Source: Vicinamibacteria bacterium
Lineage (GTDB): Bacteria > Acidobacteriota > Vicinamibacteria > Marinacidobacterales > Marinacidobacteraceae
Reading direction: 5' to 3'
Assembly (NCBI GenBank): GCA_963422395.1
Contig: OY729431.1
Coordinates: 1,728,001 to 1,792,000, forward strand
DNA length: 64,000 nt
Below the pieces are notes generated by a model, which was not told where the DNA came from, searched no databases, and saw nothing but the letters and a program-made list of their open reading frames with translations. Of the stretch, positions 56,427-64,000 are shown in pieces. The translations under genes were made by a program, and so were the position numbers. Every line of letters starts with the position of its first letter. The first letter of the stretch is position 1.

Positions 56427-58051
56427 CTGAACAGAACCAGAAACAGCTTGGCAAGACGCTCTGGGCCATCGCCGATCAACTCCGCGGGGCGATGAACGCG
56501 GACGACTTTCGCAACTATATGCTCGCGTTCCTGTTTCTCCGCTACCTCTCGGACAACTACGAACAGGCTGCAAAGAAGGAACTCGGGCGCGACTATCCTG
56601 ACCCGAACGCTATCGGCAACAGCGGGCGGTCCTCCTTGTCTGTCTGGTACGACCAGAACCCCGACGATGTGTCGGTGTTCGAGAAACAGATGCGGCTCAA
56701 AGCCCATTACGTTATCCGCCCCGAGCACCTCTGGGTCAGCGTCGCCCACATGGCCCACAAACAGGATGACGAGCTGCTCCACACGCTCCAGGCAGGCTTC
56801 AAGTACATCGAGAACGAATCTTTCCAGAGCACGTTCTCCGGGCTTTTCTCGGAAATCAATCTCAGTTCCGACAAACTCGGCAAGAGCTATCCCGACCAGA
56901 ACGCGAAGCTCTGCACGATCATCACCAGAATAGCCAAGGACCTCGCGGAATGCTCCACGGACGGCGACACGCTAGGCGACGCCTACGAGTATCTGATCGG
57001 CCAGTTCGCCGCGGGATCGGGGAAGAAGGCAGGTGAGTTCTACACGCCGCAGCAGATCTCGGACATCCTCTCCGAGATCGTCGCGCTCGACAGCCAGGAG
57101 CCGAAGACCGGCAAGCGGAAACCCCTCGCCAGCGTGATGGACTTCGCCTGCGGATCGGGCTCGCTGTTGCTCAATGTGCGCAAGCGCATGGGACCGCACG
57201 GCATCGGCAGGATCTACGGGCAGGAGAAGAACATCACCACCTATAACCTCGCGCGGATGAACATGCTGCTGCACGGGGTGAAGGACTTGGAGTTCGAGAT
57301 CTATCACGGCGACACGCTGACCAACGACTGGGACATGCTCCGCGAGACGAACCCGGCAAAGAAGCCCTATTTCGACGCCGTGGTCGCCAACCCACCCTTC
57401 AGCTACCGCTGGGGCCCGAACGAGGCGTTGGGCGAGGACGTGCGCTTCAAGAACTACGGGCTGGCCCCGAAGTCGGCGGCGGACTTCGCGTTCCTGTTGC
57501 ACGGGTTTCACTACCTCAAGGACGACGGTGTGATGGCGATCATCCTGCCGCACGGCGTGCTGTTCCGTGGCGGCGCGGAGGCGAAGATCCGCCGCAAGCT
57601 CCTTGTCGACGGGCACATCGACACCGTCGTGGGCCTGCCGGCAAACCTGTTCTACTCGACCGGCATCCCGGTCTGCATCCTCGTCCTGAAGAAGTGCAAG
57701 AAACCCGATGATGTCCTGTTCATCAACGCGTCCGAGCATTTCGAGAAGGGCAAGCGGCAAAACTACCTGTCCGACGAGCATATCGAGAAGATCATCGACA
57801 CCTACCAGCAGCGTCCGGAGAGCATCGAGCGGTATGCCAGACGCGTGGAGATGGACGAGATTGAGGCCAACGACTGCAACCTGAATATCTCCCGCTATGT
57901 CAGCACGGCCGAGCCGGAAGTCGAGATCGATCTGGCGGCCGCGCATGAAGGGTTGGTCGAGATCGAGAGGCAGATTCAGGAGTCAACGACGAAGCACAAC
58001 GCGTTTCTGAAGGAACTTGGACTATCGCCATTGCCAGCGCCCGACAAGTAA
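56423..58051 (+). CDS. hsdM: Type I DNA methyltransferase subunit M (m6A)
   Basis: LWAIADQLRG, GEFYTP, DFACGSG, NPPF, PHGVLFRG, NLNISRYV. Confidence 0.96.
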   Translation: MTEQNQKQLGKTLWAIADQLRGAMNADDFRNYMLAFLFLRYLSDNYEQAAKKELGRDYPDPNAIGNSGRSSLSVWYDQNPDDVSVFEKQMRLKAHYVIRPEHLWVSVAHMAHKQDDELLHTLQAGFKYIENESFQSTFSGLFSEINLSSDKLGKSYPDQNAKLCTIITRIAKDLAECSTDGDTLGDAYEYLIGQFAAGSGKKAGEFYTPQQISDILSEIVALDSQEPKTGKRKPLASVMDFACGSGSLLLNVRKRMGPHGIGRIYGQEKNITTYNLARMNMLLHGVKDLEFEIYHGDTLTNDWDMLRETNPAKKPYFDAVVANPPFSYRWGPNEALGEDVRFKNYGLAPKSAADFAFLLHGFHYLKDDGVMAIILPHGVLFRGGAEAKIRRKLLVDGHIDTVVGLPANLFYSTGIPVCILVLKKCKKPDDVLFINASEHFEKGKRQNYLSDEHIEKIIDTYQQRPESIERYARRVEMDEIEANDCNLNISRYVSTAEPEVEIDLAAAHEGLVEIERQIQESTTKHNAFLKELGLSPLPAPDK

Positions 58052-58187
58052 TCGAAGCTATCCCTCCCACAACCCTTGCGACGCCGGAGCATTGCGACGA
58101 GCCGGAAATCAAGGCCCTCCAAACACAATACCGATGTCGCGACGGGCCGCGCGCTCGATCCGACAGCCCCCAAAGTCCGACAGACTG

Positions 58188-59911
58188 CTAGCAGCCTGCG
58201 CCGCAGAAACGGGGCGGGCGATATGGTGGTAGCGACGAGCGGACGGTCGGGCTGCTCGGGAGTTGGGACCGGGGGGCGACACGGTTGCGTGGCATATAAC
58301 TCATTTTATATCATACACTTACGGAAAAGGGGCGAGGGCGTCTCGGATCCGGGGAGGGATGGTTCCGATGGGCACGCGTTTTCGTCAGTATCAGCCGGGG
58401 CAGCTGCTCTTGTTGCCGCCGGATCTGCGGCAGTGGGTTCCGGAGGGGCATTTGGCGCATCACATCAGCGATGTGGTGGACGAGCTGGACTTGTCTGCGT
58501 TCTACGCGCCGTATGCGGGGGACGGGCGGCGGAACGCGCCGTATGACCCGCGGATGATGGTGAAGGTGCTGATCTACGCTTATGCGACGGGGGTGTTTTC
58601 GTCGCGTGGGATTGCGCGGAAGCTGGAAGAGGACGTGGCGTTTCGGATGCTGGCGGCGAGGAACTTCCCGAGGCACCGGACGATCTGCGAGTTTCGTCGT
58701 CGGCATCTGGGGGATTTCCGGGAGTTGTTCGTCGAGGTGGTGCGGGTGGCGCGGCAGTGCGGGCTGGTGCGTTTCGGCAGGCTATCGCTGGACGGGGTGA
58801 AGGTTCGGGCGAACGCGAGCAAGCGCAAGGCGATGAGTTATGGGCGGATGCTGGCCGAGGAGCGGCGGCTTGCGGCGGAGATCGCGGGATATTTGGAGCA
58901 GGCGGGAGAGACCGACGAGCGGGAGGACGCGGCCCACGGGGCGGAGCGGCGCGGCGACGAGTTGCCGGCTGAGCTGCGGCGCCGGGAGGATCGGTTGGCG
59001 GCGATCCGGGCGGCGAAGGTGCAGCTGGAAGCGGAGCAGCGGGCGCGGGACGAGGCGCGGGGGCGGGTCCCCGGACAGACCCACAGTCCGGGGAACGGTC
59101 GGCGCTACCAGCGCGCGCATGGGGAGCCGAAGGCGGAAGCGCAGGGGAACTTCACCGACCCCGAGAGCCGGATCATGAAGACGAGCGCCGAGGGGTTCCA
59201 GCAGTGCTACAACGCGCAGATGGCGGTGGACGGAGAGAACCAGCTGGTGGTGTCGAACCAGCTGACGGCGAATGCGGGCGACCAGGGGCAGCTGCCGGCG
59301 CTGCTGGACCGGGTGCGAGAAGAGTTGGGCGCGGTGCCGGCGGTGGTGTTGGCTGATGCCGGATACTGCAACGAGCGGGACCTGGCACTGCTGGAAACCC
59401 GCGGGATAGACGGGTATGTCGCCGTCGGACGGGAAGGGCGGAAGCGGGCGGCGGGCACTCCCGCGAAGCATCACCCGGCGACCCGCCGGATGAGAGAAAA
59501 ACTGGCGGCTCACGCCGGGCGAAAGATCTACGCGGCGCGGAAGTGGCTGTCCGAGGCGCCCCACGGGTGGATCAAGGAGGTGATGGGGTTCCGGCGGTTC
59601 AGCTTCCGGGGGCTGCGCAAGGCGCAAGGAGAGTGGGACCTGGTCTGCCTGGCGTTGAACCTGCGACGGCTCCCGGGGTTGCTGGCAGCGTAAACGCCTG
59701 CCCCGCCCTGCCCCTGACTCCACGAACCCGCCAATCTGGCCCCTCAACCCGCGAATCTGGCCCCGGTGCGCCTGCTCGAACTCCCCTCCCGCCCGAAAAC
59801 TGCGCGATCCCGCCCCCACCAGACTCCGATCACCAATACCCAACCCACGAATCCTCCACCGAACCCCGAAAATCCCATCCGCCCCAATCTTCCTGCGGCG
59901 CAGACTCCTAG
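58188..59911 (+). mobile_element. IS1182-family insertion sequence
   Basis: Ends ctagcagcctgcgccgcagaa (from 58188) and ttcctgcggcgcagactcctag (to 59911) are inverted repeats; CTAG at both boundaries. Confidence 0.88.
58368..59693 (+). CDS. IS1182-family DDE transposase
   Basis: YDPRMMVKVLIYAYATGVFSSRGI, LDGVKVRANAS, TDPESRIM, YNAQ, ADAGY, EAPHGWIK..GFRRF. Confidence 0.93.
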   Translation: MGTRFRQYQPGQLLLLPPDLRQWVPEGHLAHHISDVVDELDLSAFYAPYAGDGRRNAPYDPRMMVKVLIYAYATGVFSSRGIARKLEEDVAFRMLAARNFPRHRTICEFRRRHLGDFRELFVEVVRVARQCGLVRFGRLSLDGVKVRANASKRKAMSYGRMLAEERRLAAEIAGYLEQAGETDEREDAAHGAERRGDELPAELRRREDRLAAIRAAKVQLEAEQRARDEARGRVPGQTHSPGNGRRYQRAHGEPKAEAQGNFTDPESRIMKTSAEGFQQCYNAQMAVDGENQLVVSNQLTANAGDQGQLPALLDRVREELGAVPAVVLADAGYCNERDLALLETRGIDGYVAVGREGRKRAAGTPAKHHPATRRMREKLAAHAGRKIYAARKWLSEAPHGWIKEVMGFRRFSFRGLRKAQGEWDLVCLALNLRRLPGLLAA

Positions 59912-59920
59912 CCCCCCGAA

Positions 59921-59957
59921 CCCGCACCGACTGCCCCGACACCGAGGGGATGGAAAC
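59921..59957 (+). CRISPR. Solitary 37-nt CRISPR-repeat-like unit (type III-like)
   Basis: cccgcaccgactgccccgacaccgaggggatggaaac has a CCCC/GGGG stem and the 3' handle ATGGAAAC; only one full copy; cas10 fragment and cas6 nearby. Confidence 0.6.
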
Positions 59958-59973
59958 CTCCTTGGTTCTGTCC

Positions 59974-60272
59974 CATCGGCCAGGGAATATGTCACCCGCC
60001 ATGCCCACCGGGGCCGCGTCCCTCGGCTGCTCCGCCGCCTCGAACTCGTGGAGGAGACCCTGCCCGACCCGGGAGCGGAGATCACTTCCGGGGCGCGCGC
60101 CGTCGGCCGGATCACGAGCACGGCGGGGCGGCCGCTGGGGTGGAGCGGCGCGTCGGCGGTGGCGCTGGCCGCCCTGAAAGGCAACGCGCTAGCATCGGCA
60201 CCTTCACTGGAAGAGCAGGGCTGCCGAGGTTCGCGAACATGCAAGGCAAGATGGACACCCGGGCTGCGGTGA
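59974..60272 (+). pseudogene. Duplicated 3' portion of ygfZ (repeat copy 2 at 59974-60124) with an alternative C-terminal tail
   Basis: EYVTRHAHRGRVPRLLRRLELVEETLPDPG..GRITST versus ygfZ EYVARQAHRGRVPRLLRRLEFAEETLPDPG..GRITST. Confidence 0.85.
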
Positions 60273-60517
60273 ACACTGCGAAGGATTGGCTCCTCGAGAT
60301 CTTCGCCGACGAAGAGGTCAGTTCGCCCCGGCTCGAAGAAATCCAACTCGACCACGGCGCCGACGCTTGGGAGGTAACGATCAGCTTCAAGCGCGATGGA
60401 AAGTCGCTCGCCGATGTCTTCGGCGGCCGCACGTTCAAGGTCGTCCGGATCGACGATCGGACCGGCGAAGTCGTCGGTATGACCCATCGCAGCCTGCCAG
60501 AAGTTTCGCCCCGTTGA
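60251..60517 (+). CDS. Small protein (88 aa), putative partner/antitoxin of the downstream PIN protein
   Basis: MDTRAAVNTAKDWL..RLEEIQLD..WEVTISF..FKVVRID resembles small proteins found upstream of PIN genes; its stop overlaps a TTG. Confidence 0.6.
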   Translation: MDTRAAVNTAKDWLLEIFADEEVSSPRLEEIQLDHGADAWEVTISFKRDGKSLADVFGGRTFKVVRIDDRTGEVVGMTHRSLPEVSPR

Positions 60518-60935
60518 GAGTCGTCACCGAAACTTCCTCGACGCGAATCTCATCGTTCTCCTCATCGTCGGAACAGTAAGCAGGGAGCGGATCAGCCAGG
60601 ACAAGCGGACCCGGCGTTTCACTCCGGAGGACTATGACCGCCTTCTGGACCTGCTCGAGCGGAAACGAGTCTTCGTCACCCCGAACACGCTCACGGAAGC
60701 TTCGAACCTGCTCAAGCCCCATCACGAGTTCGAGGAAGTGCTGCGAACCCTGATCGAAGAGAGCACCGAGGAAGCCGTCAGCAGCGCTGCCGCCGCCCGA
60801 TCACACGCGTTCCCCCGGCTCGGACTGACCGACGCCGCATTACTGGAGGTGATCTCGGTGGAGCGTCCATTGCTGACTGTTGATTTGGATCTCTACGCCT
60901 CGCCCGATAACGGCACTTCGTCCACAGACTATTAG
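60514..60935 (+). pseudogene. PIN-domain (VapC-like) nuclease, apparently frameshifted near the start and 3'-truncated
   Basis: Frame from 60531 reads NFLDANLIVLLIVG..VTPNTLTEASNL..LGLTDAAL..LLTVD; no in-frame canonical start after the stop at 60480; the TTG at 60514 is out of frame. Confidence 0.7.
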
Positions 60936-60978
60936 CCCCGACACCGAACTGCGCCGCGGCGCGTGTCGGGGTGGGGAG

Positions 60979-61866
60979 TTACGCCCTGGAGATCTGCATT
61001 CGACCCAGGCCGAACACCGTCCCTTTACCGAGATGCGTCCAGCAGCCGGCGGCGAGTAGCGGCCAGAGGCCGGGGGCGCCCGCCGGAAGTTCGACCGTCC
61101 CGGCGACACCTCGCATCTCGACCTCGCAGTGCTGGCTGCCCGACCAGCGAACGAAGTCCCGGCGCTCACCGCGCCAGGACGCAACGGGAAGTTGCTCTGC
61201 CGCAACGAGGACTTCCTGGACGAGGTCCGACGCTAGCGGCGTCTGCGCACTTTCGGCAAGAAGGAGAATGCGGCGCGTGAGCACCACACAGATGTCCTTC
61301 ACGGTGGGGCGCTCGATCAGGCGCCCGCGCCGCAACAGGCGAAGCGGCGTCTGGAACTGGATGCGCAGTCCACCCCTTCCCGCGATTCGGCGCCGCTTCG
61401 TTTCCGCCGCTGTTCGCAGGGACCATCGTTGGGACCGCACCAGCGGCTGACCATCGCAATCGAGCCATCGCACCGCACAGACGCTGAAGGCCGCCCGATC
61501 GGGGCCGAGACCGAGACCCGCCGCGGTATCCCAAGCCCGCACCAACGCGTCTTCGTGTTCGATTGCAGCTCCGAAGAGAATCCAGTCGACCGCGGGAGCG
61601 AAGGCGGGGTCGGGAGGAGCTGGGCGCATCAGATAGAGCGGCAGGCGAGTCGTTCCGGCACTGGATCGGACCCGCTGACCATCGAAAACCCGAGCGTAGG
61701 CCCGGCAATCGAAACCTCTCAGCGCACGCCCCCAGACTCCCCGCAACAGGGATGTAGTTGCACGCACCGCAGCGGTGTCGAGCAGCAAACGGCGCGGCAC
61801 GACGACGATGTCGTCGAGGATGCGCAACAGGCGCTCTTCGAGTTCCCGCCCATCCCCGGATGTCAT
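60979..61866 (-). CDS. cas6: CRISPR pre-crRNA endoribonuclease Cas6 (RAMP)
   Basis: LLRGVWGRALR, FQTPLRL, RWSGSQ..MRGVAG, C-terminal G-loop HLGKGTVFGLG. Confidence 0.85.
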   Translation of the reverse strand: MTSGDGRELEERLLRILDDIVVVPRRLLLDTAAVRATTSLLRGVWGRALRGFDCRAYARVFDGQRVRSSAGTTRLPLYLMRPAPPDPAFAPAVDWILFGAAIEHEDALVRAWDTAAGLGLGPDRAAFSVCAVRWLDCDGQPLVRSQRWSLRTAAETKRRRIAGRGGLRIQFQTPLRLLRRGRLIERPTVKDICVVLTRRILLLAESAQTPLASDLVQEVLVAAEQLPVASWRGERRDFVRWSGSQHCEVEMRGVAGTVELPAGAPGLWPLLAAGCWTHLGKGTVFGLGRMQISRA

Positions 61867-63128
61867 CTCCGGTGCATCGAGCCGCCCCCCGTTCCACCCG
61901 TTCCGAATGCTGGGTCGGGGCCGCGGATCACATCGAGGATCGCCCCCGGGTGGGAGACTCGGACCGACTCGCCGCCTTCCAGCCGGACGGGCGTCCGGAA
62001 GACGAACTTCTCGACCCAGTCCCGATCGAAACGGGTGATGCGCAGGAGAGTGGTCGCGCTCCCGTCGGCGGCCACCGCTTCCACGGTGAAGCCGCCTCCA
62101 CCGAGGTCGAGTTCCTCGGGTGGCAGGACCGCCAGCAGCGAGGCGGGGCCGAACCGAGTCGCACCCGCCTCGAACGCAACCGGCTCGACTGCGGATGCTC
62201 CGGCGGCAACCGTTTCCACAGCGGTCGGTTCGCCGCCCCCCCCCTGAGCCGCAGCATCAGCCGCGCGGCGTTTCCCGGCGGGGAAGACGACGATCTGCGG
62301 GGCATCCTCGAAGGCCAGTCCCTCGGTGTCGAAACCCTTGCGGTACTCGAGGTGAAGGAAAAGCCCGGCTTCCGGCGGAAGCGGATCGAAGACGCCCTCC
62401 GGCCGGAGGCGGGCTCCCTGCCCCACCACCCAGGTAAAGACCGGCGCCGCGTTTCGACAGCCGTCGCCGAGGAAGAGCACCGCCCGGCGGAGAATGGGAA
62501 GCGCTTCCCCGGGGACCAGCGCGAACCCGCCGGCAGCGGCGGGAACATCCTCGCCCCGGACCAGCGGCGCGCAGACTGCCGCCTCGGACTCCAGCTCGCC
62601 GATGCGAACCGGCTCCGCGAGCTGGAGCCGGGGGCCGGAAAGCGGCAGCTCCCCGTCGCGCTTCTCCCCGACTGCATCCGGTGTCTTTTCGGGTGGGGCG
62701 CCCTCGGGAGCGAGACCGATGGCCCAATCCACCAGCCGGTCGGTTTCACGCTCGTCGAGCGTGCGGGCGTGGGCGAACTCTCCCGCCCCGTCGTCGGGAA
62801 GCCAGGGCGGCATCCGCCGCTCGAGCACCTGGCGGGCGATGGAGTTGGCCCAGGGCAGAGCGTCCCCGTAGCGCATCAGATTCACCGGTGCCGGGCCGGT
62901 CCCCGCATGACACGAGGAGCAATGTCGGTCTAGGAGCGGGCGGATGTCGCGCCAGTAGGTATAACGGGACAATTCGGGCTCGTGGGCCGCAGCCGGAAAG
63001 GGGCTGCAAGAGGAGAGGAAAGCACCGATCCCTCCCGCGGCGAGCGCAGCCAGCGGCCCGTACCGCGCGAATGAGGAAAGCCGCGGCATCCGTCTCTCCT
63101 GGATATTCTGGCTCTTCCGATCGCTCAC
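61863..63128 (-). CDS. Secreted c-type cytochrome fused to a degenerate copper type II monooxygenase-like domain
   Basis: Hydrophobic leader, DIRPLLDRHCSSCH (CxxCH), RRMPPW, FDRDW..FRTPVRL. Confidence 0.7.
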   Translation of the reverse strand: MSDRKSQNIQERRMPRLSSFARYGPLAALAAGGIGAFLSSCSPFPAAAHEPELSRYTYWRDIRPLLDRHCSSCHAGTGPAPVNLMRYGDALPWANSIARQVLERRMPPWLPDDGAGEFAHARTLDERETDRLVDWAIGLAPEGAPPEKTPDAVGEKRDGELPLSGPRLQLAEPVRIGELESEAAVCAPLVRGEDVPAAAGGFALVPGEALPILRRAVLFLGDGCRNAAPVFTWVVGQGARLRPEGVFDPLPPEAGLFLHLEYRKGFDTEGLAFEDAPQIVVFPAGKRRAADAAAQGGGGEPTAVETVAAGASAVEPVAFEAGATRFGPASLLAVLPPEELDLGGGGFTVEAVAADGSATTLLRITRFDRDWVEKFVFRTPVRLEGGESVRVSHPGAILDVIRGPDPAFGTGGTGGGSMHRR

Positions 63129-63130
63129 GA

Positions 63131-64000
63131 TCAGCCTCCGTCCGGAGCCAGCTCCGGCAGCGCCCTCATCCCTTCGGCGAAGATCTCGTATGCCTCGGCG
63201 ACGCGGGTCCGGTCTCCAAGATCGCCGTAGAGGTCCAGCAGCCAGGCCCCGCGGACGATCTGCTTGAGTGCCACCCAGGGCCGCCGCTCGCCGACCTGCT
63301 CTCCGTAGGCGAGCGCCAGCGTCTTCGCTTCGAGGGCGGGGATGAAGAGGTCCGCCCAGCGTCCGGCAGCGATGAGCGTCTGCACCCGGCGGTCCCGATC
63401 CCGGATCGCTTCGAGGATGGCCCGGGGCGTCTCGGGTACCCGAAGCTCGGGAAGCGCGGCGGACGCAGCGGCGGCGCCGCCGCCGAGCGCGGCGCGCTCC
63501 GCCTCGGAGAGGAAGATGAAGTCGAATCGATCCTCCTTCCGGACGGCACCGGCGGCGGGGAAGTGCACGAAGGCAGTGAAGGCGGTCCGTTCGTCAGGGT
63601 CCGTCGTCACCGGGGCCGAAAGGGCCAGCGGCGCGTCAGAAGAAGGGGCGGGGGAAGGGGCGGCCAGCGCGACCGGATCGCCGATCGGAGCGCCCGCCTC
63701 GTCCACCTCGACGAGGCGCGCCTCGAAGGGAGCCGGCGGGAGCGGGCGGGTGAAAGAGTCGTAGAAGTAGAGTCGGAACTGTCCGTCCTCGAGTGCCCCT
63801 TCGAGGTGGTGGATGCCGTTCGGCGCCATGAACAGGATCCCCCCGTGGCGGGGGTTGTGATCGCCGTGTTCGGAGACCCGCGTGGTCTCGGCGCGCGGCG
63901 CTCCGGACGCGCAGACGCCGGGCTCGACGAAGAAGCGGTCGGAAGCCTCCGGGCAGTACCAGACGACCTCCCGGGTGGCTGGCACCAGCGGGTCGCCGGT
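63131..64000 (-). CDS. Hypothetical His-rich/heavy-metal-binding protein, 5' end outside window
   Basis: Frame stays open to the window edge; WYCPE..PGVC, HGDHNPRHGG..HHLEG. Confidence 0.6.
   Translation of the reverse strand, partial: TGDPLVPATREVVWYCPEASDRFFVEPGVCASGAPRAETTRVSEHGDHNPRHGGILFMAPNGIHHLEGALEDGQFRLYFYDSFTRPLPPAPFEARLVEVDEAGAPIGDPVALAAPSPAPSSDAPLALSAPVTTDPDERTAFTAFVHFPAAGAVRKEDRFDFIFLSEAERAALGGGAAAASAALPELRVPETPRAILEAIRDRDRRVQTLIAAGRWADLFIPALEAKTLALAYGEQVGERRPWVALKQIVRGAWLLDLYGDLGDRTRVAEAYEIFAEGMRALPELAPDGG

Noticed and set aside
48256-60124. ygfZ repeat pair as a diversity-generating retroelement TR/VR
   Set aside because: The differences are not confined to adenines of one copy (C/T, G/C and an indel occur), and no reverse transcriptase is present.
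59900-61000. A true CRISPR array
   Set aside because: Only one full repeat and a 13-bp partial match ~1 kb away; no regular repeat-spacer periodicity.

Overview
This is a very GC-rich bacterial chromosome segment; the gene content suggests Acidobacteria, but that is only an inference. Positions 1-48.5 kb are mostly housekeeping and metabolic genes: accA 5' end, dnaE, guaA, a BamB-like propeller, a large orphan histidine kinase, pssA/psd, tsaB, mutS, a TAXI-TRAP transporter, glutamate dehydrogenase, etfBA, fumC, GH63-like and GH2 glycosidases, and ygfZ. They are interrupted by an IS481 beside a MITE-like element and by a stand-alone protein combining an RNAP alpha-CTD-like motif with a sigma70 region-4 HTH. 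Positions 48.2-61.9 kb form a layered defence hotspot. It holds rmuC, a truncated type III-B cas10/cmr2, a tiny hsdM N-terminal scar, an intact type I R-M operon with a PrrC anticodon nuclease (hsdR-hsdS-prrC-hsdM), and an IS1182. It continues with one solitary type III-like CRISPR repeat, a ~93%-identical duplicate of part of ygfZ that brackets ~11.7 kb, a small-gene/PIN pair (the PIN gene is broken), and an intact-looking cas6. I saw no tRNA, rRNA or multi-repeat CRISPR array. All calls come from motif recognition by eye; no searches were run.
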